Assembly (NCBI GenBank): GCA_031370645.1
Contig: JANMQV010000175.1
Span: 1-31,266 of the forward strand
DNA from: Candidatus Eiseniibacteriota bacterium
GTDB taxonomy: Bacteria > Eisenbacteria > RBG-16-71-46 > SZUA-252
Direction of reading: 5' to 3'
DNA: 31,266 bases
Below are positions 18,792 to 27,398 of this stretch, piece after piece; position 1 is the first letter of the stretch, and the number at the start of each line of letters is the position of its first letter. A program made the translations under genes and the position numbers. The notes under the pieces are model-generated. The model made no database searches. It had not been told where the DNA came from and saw only the letters and a program-made list of their open reading frames with translations.

Positions 18792-20225
18792 ATGAGACCA
18801 ACGACGAAGTGCGAGGCGCGCGCGCTGATCGACGCGCGTTCTCTCCTCCGGCTCGCGGCGCTCCTGGCGCTCGGAGCCGGCTCGCTCGGCGCGGGCCCCG
18901 GCCCCCATCGGACGAGCGCGGAGATCTCCGGCATTCTCGCGCAGGGGCCGCACGCGGGCGCCTGCGACGCCTGCCACGTCGCGCACGGGCAGGAGGGTGA
19001 ACTCCCCGAACTCCACGCTCTCGTCGGACCCGACGACAACTCGCTCTGCGATCGCTGCCATTCGACGGCATGGTCCGGCGGATCGTATCCGGGGCCGCTC
19101 GTCTATTCGCGCTCGTCCCACGGCTCGGATGGAAACGCCGTGTGGCCGGGACCGGTGCCCCCCACGCGCACGGAGCCGGGAGCCGCCGGAAAGTGCGTAA
19201 ACTGTCACGATCCGCACGGCCAGAGCGACGCGAATGGCGAGATCCCGTCGTTGGGTCTCGCCCGCGAAGAATCGCTCTGCCTCACCTGTCACGATGGGTC
19301 GCCGGCCACGTCCGATATCGCGTCCGAAACTCTCCTTCCGTACCGTCACCCCACGTCGTCTCTCTCGGGGCTCCATACGGGTCCGACGGAATCGTTCCCG
19401 ACCGACTTCGGCGCGGCACCACTCAACCGGCGCCACGCCGAGTGCGAGGATTGCCACAATCCGCACCTCGCCTATCACGATCCGTCGGGACCGCCGTCCG
19501 ACTCCGATCTCTCCAAGCGGAATCTCGGCGTGAGCCGACTTCGTGTTCAAAACGGCGGTCCGGGCGCGCCTCCGGCCTACGCCTTCGTCGCCGCGGCGGA
19601 CACGCTGAGCCCGGCGCTCACGGAATACGAACTCTGCTTTAAGTGCCACTCATCCTGGACGTCTCAACCGACGGGTCAAACCGACCTCGCGCTCGTCCTC
19701 AATCCCGCGAATCCGTCGTTTCACCCCGTCGAGGCTCCGGGACGGAATTCGTCGATCCGATTGGGCGCGTTCACGGCCGGATGGAACCCCGGTTCCACGA
19801 CGCGCTGTGGGTCGTGTCACGGAAGCGATACCGGCACGACCGAGGGACCCCACGGTTCGAATTACCGCTACATCTTGAAGCAGCCCTATACCGCATCGCC
19901 GTTCGAGCGGACGATGTTTCCCGAGGAGAGTTGTTTCGCCTGCCACTCCTACGATGTTTATGCGAACGCCTCCTCTCCCGGGCTCACGCTCGAGAATTCG
20001 CGTTTCAACGAGCCCGGCGCCGGGAAGGGACATGCCAAGCACGTCGACGAGGAGCGGGTCCCCTGCTATTCCTGCCATGCGACTCACGGCTCGACGACGC
20101 TTCCGCATCTTCTTCAGAAGGGGCGCTCCCCCGGAATTCAGTCGGTCACCGTGACCGCGACGGGCGGCACCTGCACGCCGACTTGCCACGACACGCAGTC
20201 CTACACGGTGAACTATGCGCGATGA
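18792..20225 (+). CDS. Multiheme c-type cytochrome (9 CXXCH + 1 CX3CH), paired-CXXCH type
   Basis: CDACH, CDRCH, CVNCH, CLTCH, CEDCH, CFKCH, CGSCH, CFACH, CYSCH, CTPTCH; hydrophobic signal 'LLRLAALLALGAGSLGA'. Confidence 0.9.
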   Translation: MRPTTKCEARALIDARSLLRLAALLALGAGSLGAGPGPHRTSAEISGILAQGPHAGACDACHVAHGQEGELPELHALVGPDDNSLCDRCHSTAWSGGSYPGPLVYSRSSHGSDGNAVWPGPVPPTRTEPGAAGKCVNCHDPHGQSDANGEIPSLGLAREESLCLTCHDGSPATSDIASETLLPYRHPTSSLSGLHTGPTESFPTDFGAAPLNRRHAECEDCHNPHLAYHDPSGPPSDSDLSKRNLGVSRLRVQNGGPGAPPAYAFVAAADTLSPALTEYELCFKCHSSWTSQPTGQTDLALVLNPANPSFHPVEAPGRNSSIRLGAFTAGWNPGSTTRCGSCHGSDTGTTEGPHGSNYRYILKQPYTASPFERTMFPEESCFACHSYDVYANASSPGLTLENSRFNEPGAGKGHAKHVDEERVPCYSCHATHGSTTLPHLLQKGRSPGIQSVTVTATGGTCTPTCHDTQSYTVNYAR

Positions 20226-21891
20226 TCCCGCCCGGCGCCGGAGGCACAAACGCTCGGGGAGTTTCGCGGCGGCGCTCGCCGGGGCGCTCCTGATCGCCCC
20301 GGGACCCCGCTCGGGATTTGCGGAGACCCTTCGGGGCTACGCGCGGCTCCAATACCAGAGCCAAGACCAACGGGGCGGCCAAGGCGACGACGTCGAGTGG
20401 TGGCTCCGCACGGTTCATCTCGACTACGGGACGAAACTTCGAAACGATTACGACATTACGGTGCAGGGCGAGTGGAACGACCTCTCGTACGTCGATCGCC
20501 CCGACCGTCGGATCGATCCGCGCGGATCGATTCGGCTCGCCCACCGCGACTTTGGTGGCGCCACCTCCTACCGTCCGCTCCGCGTCACCGACGCCCAGGG
20601 CGCGACGACGCGCCAGCGCGAGACCACCGCGAGCGGTTATCTCCGCGCCAGGAACCTTCCGCAACTGAACGGGACCTATATCCGCCGTCGGCAACTTTCG
20701 GTCAGCCGCTCGCCGGCGACTACATCCATGACGGGGACGATCAACGCATTCTATGACCTCGGCGCCGTCGACCTGCGCGCCGGGTGGAACAACCAGGTGC
20801 GCTTTACCGATCTCGACGACCAGAATCGAGTCAGCCAAGTGAATTGGACGGGTGGCGGATCTTGGAGCGTTGCTCGCCGCGCCAGTTCCGCGAACGCGAG
20901 CGTCGAATTCCAGGAGGGGCGCCGTCATGCGGAGCACGGATTGACCACGTCTTCCTCCGGACGCTCGGCGACGCTCGCCGGCGCGCACCGTTTCTCGCGG
21001 CGCGTCGACGCCGGGCTCACCTACGGCTATCGGCACTCCGCCGCGACGAATTTAACGACCCGGCAGCTCGACGATCACGACGGCGTGCTCCTCTTCTCCT
21101 ACCGGCCGCGTCCTGCCGTGACCTTCTCGAGCGGGGGCGGCCTCCGAACCGCACGGGTCGAGGAGCGGCGTGAGATCGAGCGCTACCTCGTCGCCTCGGC
21201 CGCGGCCCAGGGGACGATTCGCCCGGGCTGGTCGGGGGGCGCGAGCATCGCGCGGTCGTACAACTGGCTCCCTGGCGAAACGTCGAGACCGGTCGACGCA
21301 GGGACGCTCACGAGCCGCTTGCGGCTCACACACGGTCTCGACGTGAATGCCCAGACGCAAGTGACCGCCGCCCGACCGAGCTCGACCGTGGCCGACACCT
21401 CGGGCGCTCCCACTCGCGTCACCTCCCAGACGACCCTCGGATTCCTCGCGACGCCACTCCATGCCATCACGTTCGGCTACTCCCGAAGCGAGTACCGATC
21501 GGGGGATGACGTCTTCTCCCCTCGATCCCGCTCCCGCAGCGACGCCTGGGACGGTCGCTGGAATCCCGTGCCCTCGCTTCGGTTTTCTGGCAACCTGAGC
21601 CGCGCTCGCGGGCTAAATGCACAGGAGCCGTCGCTACGCACGCGCCAGGCGACCACGGTCTGGGCGCCGAGCAGTGCGTTTCAGTTGAGCGGGACGTATA
21701 CGCGAAACGACCGGAGCCAATTCGCCGCCTTCAGCCAGAGTGCGGCGGGGCGCGAGGTCTATGGCGTGCGGCTTCTCAGTTCAATCGCGCGCGAGTGGCG
21801 CGTGCAAGTTTCCGTCAATGACGTGGATCCCGGGCAGCCGACGCACGTGCGGCAGTGGGACGCCACGGTGACCCGAAACGTCCGGAGGTAA
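20215..21891 (+). CDS. Putative outer-membrane beta-barrel (porin of a porin-cytochrome conduit)
   Basis: Signal peptide ending 'GFA'; amphipathic strands throughout (LRGYARLQY, YDITVQGEW, VDAGLTYGY, LRFSGNLS, FQLSGTYT, WRVQVSV); no TM helices; sits among cytochromes. Confidence 0.65.
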   Translation: MRDDPARRRRHKRSGSFAAALAGALLIAPGPRSGFAETLRGYARLQYQSQDQRGGQGDDVEWWLRTVHLDYGTKLRNDYDITVQGEWNDLSYVDRPDRRIDPRGSIRLAHRDFGGATSYRPLRVTDAQGATTRQRETTASGYLRARNLPQLNGTYIRRRQLSVSRSPATTSMTGTINAFYDLGAVDLRAGWNNQVRFTDLDDQNRVSQVNWTGGGSWSVARRASSANASVEFQEGRRHAEHGLTTSSSGRSATLAGAHRFSRRVDAGLTYGYRHSAATNLTTRQLDDHDGVLLFSYRPRPAVTFSSGGGLRTARVEERREIERYLVASAAAQGTIRPGWSGGASIARSYNWLPGETSRPVDAGTLTSRLRLTHGLDVNAQTQVTAARPSSTVADTSGAPTRVTSQTTLGFLATPLHAITFGYSRSEYRSGDDVFSPRSRSRSDAWDGRWNPVPSLRFSGNLSRARGLNAQEPSLRTRQATTVWAPSSAFQLSGTYTRNDRSQFAAFSQSAAGREVYGVRLLSSIAREWRVQVSVNDVDPGQPTHVRQWDATVTRNVRR

Positions 21892-21893
21892 GC

Positions 21894-22487
21894 ATGAGGT
21901 TCCCGCTTCCGGCCCTGGTCCGCCGCGCGGCGCTGGTGGTCCTTCTCGCGGCCGCCACGGGGTGCGCGGCGGGACCGCGGCTCTATGTCAACTCGCAGGC
22001 CGATCTTTCGTTCTATAAGAAGATCGCGGTCATCCCCTTTCGCAATTTGACCAACGAGCGATTCGCGGGCGAGCGCGTGACACGCGCGTTCCTGACCGAG
22101 TTGGTCATGACCGAGCACTACGAGATCGTCGACCAAAACGAGTTTGCCGCAGCACTCGACAAGATTGGCGGTAATCCCGGATTCGAAGGTATCTACGACC
22201 CCGCCAAGGTGAGGGAAGCCGCCACGCAGATCAGCGCCTCCGGCGTGCTCCGAGGCAGCGTCACCGAATACACGATGCAGCGAAGCGGCACGTCCGACAT
22301 ACCCGTCGTGGCCTTCGACGCCGAGTTGATCGATGTCGCGACGAGCAACGTCGTCTGGCGCGGTTCGGTGGTGCGGCGCGGCAAGGGTCGCGTTCCGCTC
22401 TTCGGCGGTGGCGCACGGACGTATGGGCAGCTGGTCCAATCCGCGACGCGCGAACTCGTCCGGCAGATCGAGCGCGAGGCATTCTGA
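21894..22487 (+). CDS. Lipoprotein with CsgG/PelC/DUF799-like alpha/beta fold
   Basis: GGAGGT then ATG21894; lipobox 'ATGC'; 'KKIAVIPFRNLT', 'VLRGSVTEY', 'AELIDVATSNVVWRGS'. Confidence 0.75.
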   Translation: MRFPLPALVRRAALVVLLAAATGCAAGPRLYVNSQADLSFYKKIAVIPFRNLTNERFAGERVTRAFLTELVMTEHYEIVDQNEFAAALDKIGGNPGFEGIYDPAKVREAATQISASGVLRGSVTEYTMQRSGTSDIPVVAFDAELIDVATSNVVWRGSVVRRGKGRVPLFGGGARTYGQLVQSATRELVRQIEREAF

Positions 22488-22489
22488 CC

Positions 22490-23107
22490 ATGCGCTCCCG
22501 CCTCGCGTCCTACGCGATGACGCTCTCGGTTCTCCTGGTGACAGGGTGCGCGGGGAGCGCCCCCCCACGGTCGCACGGCGGGGCGGTCCCAACGGACCAT
22601 CCACGCATCGCCCTGCTTCCGTTCGAGAATCTATCCGGGCGGGAGGAGCAGGGTCGCTTCTTCACGCAGGCGTTCCTAGCGGCTCTGGTCAGCAGCGATG
22701 CCGCCGAGATCGTCGACCTCGGGCACGTGGAGGCGACAGTGGAAGCGCTACGAATTAGAGCGACCGCCGCGCCCAGCCGCGAGCAGTTGGCCGCGCTCGG
22801 GGAGTCGCTCCAGGTTCGATACGTACTTCTGGGGAGCGTGCTCGAAGCGGGGACGATTCGTACGAACGATGGCGATGTCCCGTCTGCCGGCGCTTCGCTC
22901 CGGCTCGTCGACGTCACGAATGCCCGGGTCGTTTGGGCAAGGGCGCACGTGGTGTCCGGCGACGATCGGGAAACATTCTTCGGATGGGGCCGCGAGCGGA
23001 GCGCCGGACGGTTGCTCACGAACCTGGCGGACGACATGCTTCGCCCCTTTCGCGAAGCGGGTGACGCCTGGCGGCATCGGACGGCCGCTCGCGGAGAGGC
23101 TCGATGA
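22490..23107 (+). CDS. Second CsgG/PelC/DUF799-like lipoprotein (paralogue)
   Basis: Lipobox 'VTGC'; 'RIALLPFENLS', 'YVLLGSVLE', 'LRLVDVTNARVVWA'. Confidence 0.75.
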   Translation: MRSRLASYAMTLSVLLVTGCAGSAPPRSHGGAVPTDHPRIALLPFENLSGREEQGRFFTQAFLAALVSSDAAEIVDLGHVEATVEALRIRATAAPSREQLAALGESLQVRYVLLGSVLEAGTIRTNDGDVPSAGASLRLVDVTNARVVWARAHVVSGDDRETFFGWGRERSAGRLLTNLADDMLRPFREAGDAWRHRTAARGEAR

Positions 23108-23118
23108 AGGAGGCGACG

Positions 23119-23628
23119 ATGGGTTGGGTCAAGAGGTCGAGCCGGTACCTGGCTCCGGCGCTGCTACTCCTGCTGCTTGGTGGAGCCCTCGGCGCCAAGT
23201 CGGCGACCGCTCCGGTCGCTTCGCACGGGGCGCGCGTGAAGTCGGTGACGCTCGCGATGCGGCACCGGGTCTTCAAGAATTTCAGCGACCTGCAGGAGGT
23301 GACACTGCTTAAGGAGTTCCCGGTCGGAGATTCCGATTTCTCCGCCCGCGTCGTTCGCTACGTCCCCGACTTCATGATGAATTTGAAGAGCGGGAACGTC
23401 ACCTCCCGCTCGAACGAGCCGAAGAATCCGGCGTTTCAGATCATCGTGCGCGAGAAGAAGGTGGTTCAGGACACCACCTGGGCCTTCATGAATCTTCCGC
23501 CTCACTTCGGACGGAAATCGATGTTGGCCTTCAAGATCGTGCGCATCGATTTCCTCGGCGCCCCGCCCGTCGTGGCCGACACCACGCACGCAGCCCCGAC
23601 AACCGCCGCGGGCGGAACGAAGCCGTGA
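23119..23628 (+). CDS. Exported protein resembling the periplasmic domain of ResB/Ccs1 cytochrome c biogenesis proteins
   Basis: AAGGAGG then ATG23119 (alternative start ATG23104); signal peptide; 'RYVPDFMM...VTSRSNEPKNPAFQIIV'. Confidence 0.5.
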   Translation: MGWVKRSSRYLAPALLLLLLGGALGAKSATAPVASHGARVKSVTLAMRHRVFKNFSDLQEVTLLKEFPVGDSDFSARVVRYVPDFMMNLKSGNVTSRSNEPKNPAFQIIVREKKVVQDTTWAFMNLPPHFGRKSMLAFKIVRIDFLGAPPVVADTTHAAPTTAAGGTKP

Positions 23629-26600
23629 CACTCGTTCGGCGCGCCATCCGGCCACGCGGCATCGCCGCGGTGGCCGCGATCGTGGCCGCACTCTTCCTCA
23701 CCGGCTCCTTCGTGGAAGCGGCCGGCCCGAAGAAGAGCGAGCGAGCCCAGCGCGCCTGCTACGACTGCCACAAGACCGCGAAGGAGGAGTACCGGAAGAA
23801 GGTCGTGCACGCTCCGGTAGCGAAGAACGACTGCTACTCCTGCCATCAGAGCCACGGCTTCAAGCAGAACCTCGTCCTCCAGAAGAAACTTCCCGAACTC
23901 TGCTTCGAGTGCCACAAGAACACCAAAGAGTCGGTCCCCCAGCATCAACACGAGGCGTTCGCCAAGGGAGACTGCCTCGGCTGCCACGACCCCCACGCAT
24001 CGAACCAGCCGGCGCTGATGCGCGACGGCGGCCCCACGACCACGTGCTTCAAGTGCCACGAGCAAGCCGCGGCAGCCGCGAAAGAGCCTCACGTCCATGC
24101 CGCGTTCGCCAAGGGCGACTGCGCCGCGTGCCACACGTCGCACGGCTCGGCCGAGCCGGGGCTCTTGCGTGGCAAAGGCGACGCGCTATGCGCCACCTGC
24201 CACGTCCCGGCCGAGATGGCCACGAAACACTCCAAGGCCCCCGCCGCCGGACTCGCGTGCCTCGACTGCCACGAGCCTCATGCTTCCCCGAAGGCGAAGC
24301 TCCTCCGGCGAAATGCGCACGCGCCCGTCGCCGAGGGGGATTGCGCCGCGTGCCATGTGATGCAGGGCACGACCGCCACCCCACGCCTGACCGCGGCCGT
24401 TCCGAAGCTCTGCATGGAGTGCCACGAGGAGATCGGCGAACAGACCACGAAGTCACACAAGCATCCGCCCGCGGCGGAGGGCGAGTGCCTGGCCTGTCAC
24501 GATCCTCATCGGGGCACCGAGCGCGCGTTATTGAAGAAGAAGCCCGATGCGCTCTGTGGTGAGTGTCACGACGAAATCGCGGCGGTGAAATCGAAGCCGG
24601 TCCAGCATCAAGCTTTCACGCTCGGGAAGTGCGCCTCCTGTCACGAGCCGCACGGGAGCGAGAACGAAAAACTGGCCAAGACTGCGGACGGCACGATGTG
24701 TCTCGCCTGCCACGACCCGATCGCGAAGAAGATCGGAGCAACGGCGGGCGTCCACCCTCCCGCCGGGAAGAAGGATTGCCTCCGCTGTCACGCACCACAC
24801 GCTTCAGAGCAGGCCGGACTCCTGGTCAAGCCGGCGCGCGACGTTTGCCGCCCTTGCCACGCAAATCTCGACCAGAAGCTCGCGGGATTGGAAGTCCATC
24901 CTCCGTTCCGTTCCGGGAATTGCCAGGCCTGCCACGATCCGCATCAGTCGAACGAGCCGGCGATGCTTCGCGCCAAGGCGGTCGAAGTCTGCACGTCGTG
25001 CCATCCGCAGGCGATGCGGGAAGCCCAGCAGGCCTTCCCTCACGACCCGGCGAAGAAAGGCGACTGCCTCGCCTGCCACGCGCCGCACGGAGGGCAAACG
25101 AAAGCGCTCCTCGTCGCGAAGCCCGTGGATCTTTGCACCAAGTGTCACGCCGGCATCGCCCTGAAACTGAAGAGCGCCGGCGCCCATACCGCGGCGGCGA
25201 AGGGGATGTGTGCGGCCTGCCATGAACCGCATGGCGCGAAGGCGGAGAAGCTCTTGAAGGCCCCGCCGAGCGCACTTTGCCTCTCCTGCCACGCGGGTAT
25301 CGGCAAGGAGGGACCTGAAGTCCATCCACCGGTCGCCGAGCAGGAATGCCTGAGCTGCCACGACCCCCACGGGGGAAAGGCGGCGCCGGCGCTCGTGAAG
25401 TCCGTCCCCGCCCTTTGCACCGATTGCCACGACCTCGCGGATCAGGATCTTTCAAAGGCGCATGGAGGGGCGGCGTTGACCGGAGTGAATTGCCTCTCGT
25501 GCCACACGGCGCACGCGTCGGCCCACAAAGGTCTTCTCGCCGCGAAGACGCATCCCGGCTTTGCGGAGAAGGGGTGCACGAAGTGTCACGCGGCGGGGGC
25601 CCCGCCGAGCGCCACCTCGCTCGCCAAACCGAAGGCCACCCTCTGCGCGAGCTGTCACGATGTGCCGAAGCGCGGAACGCCGGCCGCGCGGGTCCACCCG
25701 CCGGCGGCGAAGGGCGACTGTGTGGCCTGCCACTCTCCCCACGCTTCCGACGAGCCGTCGCTTCTTGCCGACGCGCCGAAGCGCCTCTGCGTGAAATGCC
25801 ATGCGGCGGTCGTCGCGGATGCAGGGCGTTCGCATGCGCATCCCCCGGCCGCCGCCGGGGAGTGCATGAGCTGTCACAAGCCCCACGAGAGTTCGGAACC
25901 GGCGCTCTTAGCGAAGGCGGTTCCGGCGCTCTGCCAGTCGTGTCACGGTTCGCTCCTGAAACGCGTCGCGGAGGGCGTGCCGCACAAACCGGTCGCGTCG
26001 GGCAAGTGCCTCATCTGCCACGCGAGCCACGGTTCGGACAACGAGGGAATGACGAAGGACCGTGCGGCGGGAAACGTTTGCACCGGGTGCCACCTGGCAG
26101 CGAAAGGCGAACTCGACGCCAAGCATCAGGGCTTCTCCGTCGCGAAGTCGAACTGTGTCTCCTGCCACGACCCGCACGTTCAGGCGAAAGGCCGAAAGGG
26201 GCTCCTCTTGAGTTCGCCGCACGAACCGTTCGCGCGGCTCGAGTGCGCGAAGTGTCATGGGACCGACAAACGAGGCATCCCGATTGCCCGGGGGACGGCG
26301 CTCTGCTTCCAGTGCCACGAGACGGCGAAGGCTTGGCTGGCGAAGCCGGTGGTCCATCAGCCGCTGAAGACCGACCGCGCCTGCCTCTCCTGCCACGGCG
26401 CGCACGGCGGCTCGGCCGCACCGGTGCTTCGCCGCGAAGCCGACAAGCTCTGCATGAGCTGCCACGGAGACCGGCTCTTCAAGGGGAAGGTGCGGCACGC
26501 GGCGCTGGATGACGGCTGCGCGTCGTGTCACGAACCGCACGCGGGGACAAGGCCGAAACTTCTGAAGAACGACGTGAATGCCCTCTGCCAGGGGTGCCAT

Positions 26601-26789
26601 GACGATCTCACGAAGCACGCGCACCGGACGAGCGGCGGACGCGATCCTCGGACGGGCCAACCGCTCACGTGCGTCGGCTGCCATCTCCCCCATACCTCGG
26701 ATCTCCCGTCGCTCCTGCCCTACGAGTCGAAACGGGAGCTCTGCCTGCAGTGCCACGATCCAACGATGACGGCGCCCAAAGATCGGTAG
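23625..26789 (+). CDS. Very large multiheme c-type cytochrome, 42 CXXCH motifs (cytochrome c3 / doubled-CXXCH repeats)
   Basis: 42 CXXCH counted by hand in 1054 aa; repeating H.P....CxxCH.PH.....LL......LCxxCH unit; signal peptide ending 'VEA'. Confidence 0.95.
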   Translation: MTLVRRAIRPRGIAAVAAIVAALFLTGSFVEAAGPKKSERAQRACYDCHKTAKEEYRKKVVHAPVAKNDCYSCHQSHGFKQNLVLQKKLPELCFECHKNTKESVPQHQHEAFAKGDCLGCHDPHASNQPALMRDGGPTTTCFKCHEQAAAAAKEPHVHAAFAKGDCAACHTSHGSAEPGLLRGKGDALCATCHVPAEMATKHSKAPAAGLACLDCHEPHASPKAKLLRRNAHAPVAEGDCAACHVMQGTTATPRLTAAVPKLCMECHEEIGEQTTKSHKHPPAAEGECLACHDPHRGTERALLKKKPDALCGECHDEIAAVKSKPVQHQAFTLGKCASCHEPHGSENEKLAKTADGTMCLACHDPIAKKIGATAGVHPPAGKKDCLRCHAPHASEQAGLLVKPARDVCRPCHANLDQKLAGLEVHPPFRSGNCQACHDPHQSNEPAMLRAKAVEVCTSCHPQAMREAQQAFPHDPAKKGDCLACHAPHGGQTKALLVAKPVDLCTKCHAGIALKLKSAGAHTAAAKGMCAACHEPHGAKAEKLLKAPPSALCLSCHAGIGKEGPEVHPPVAEQECLSCHDPHGGKAAPALVKSVPALCTDCHDLADQDLSKAHGGAALTGVNCLSCHTAHASAHKGLLAAKTHPGFAEKGCTKCHAAGAPPSATSLAKPKATLCASCHDVPKRGTPAARVHPPAAKGDCVACHSPHASDEPSLLADAPKRLCVKCHAAVVADAGRSHAHPPAAAGECMSCHKPHESSEPALLAKAVPALCQSCHGSLLKRVAEGVPHKPVASGKCLICHASHGSDNEGMTKDRAAGNVCTGCHLAAKGELDAKHQGFSVAKSNCVSCHDPHVQAKGRKGLLLSSPHEPFARLECAKCHGTDKRGIPIARGTALCFQCHETAKAWLAKPVVHQPLKTDRACLSCHGAHGGSAAPVLRREADKLCMSCHGDRLFKGKVRHAALDDGCASCHEPHAGTRPKLLKNDVNALCQGCHDDLTKHAHRTSGGRDPRTGQPLTCVGCHLPHTSDLPSLLPYESKRELCLQCHDPTMTAPKDR

Positions 26790-26838
26790 AGGAGCGTGGC
26801 GCCTGGAGGCGGCCGATCAGCGGAACAAGCGACTCCTG

Positions 26839-27264
26839 CTATGAAAGTAGCGTGGCGTCGAGAGAAATCGCCGCGTTCAGCGCCCGCGACACGATGCACC
26901 CCGCCTTCGCGCCTTCCGCGATCTTGGCAAATTCTTCCGGTTTCGCCCCAGGGACCTTGGCCGTGAGTGTCAGATGCGAGGCGGTGATCGTGAACCCCGC
27001 TTCCAACTTCTCCAACGTGACCTTCGCGGTCGTCTCGATCCGTTCGGCGGTGAAGCCCGCGGTTTGGAGTTGGAGGGAGAGGGCCATCGAGAAGCAAGCC
27101 GCATGCGCCGCGGCGATCAGCTCCTCGGGATTCGTGGCGGGCGCGGATTCGAAGCGCGAACCGAAGGAGTAGGGGGAGCCGCGAAGAACACCGCTCTCGG
27201 TGGAGACGGTGCCTTTGCCTTCGCGGAGGTTGCCCTGCCAGACAGCGGAGCCGGATCGGATCAT
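26839..27264 (-). CDS. osmC: OsmC family peroxiredoxin
   Basis: CAGGAG then ATG27264; 'RSGSAVWQGNLREGKG', 'TNPEELIAAAHAACFSMAL', second Cys in 'AKAGCIVSRAL'. Confidence 0.95.
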   Translation of the reverse strand: MIRSGSAVWQGNLREGKGTVSTESGVLRGSPYSFGSRFESAPATNPEELIAAAHAACFSMALSLQLQTAGFTAERIETTAKVTLEKLEAGFTITASHLTLTAKVPGAKPEEFAKIAEGAKAGCIVSRALNAAISLDATLLS

Positions 27265-27398
27265 GGGAGTCTCCTGGGTTGGACGAGTTCTCGGGAACGG
27301 CCCATTCTCGCAGATTTGAGCCGCTTCCTGCGCGTCCCTTGAGACTCCCGGCACCCGTCGATCGATGCGGGCGTTCTGGCCTTGCAGACTGGAGGGGA

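Noticed and set aside
23625-26789. Recurring TGCCACG words as a CRISPR array or DNA tandem repeat
   Set aside because: They are Cys-His codons of CXXCH motifs in a continuous ORF; no constant repeat-spacer structure or cas genes
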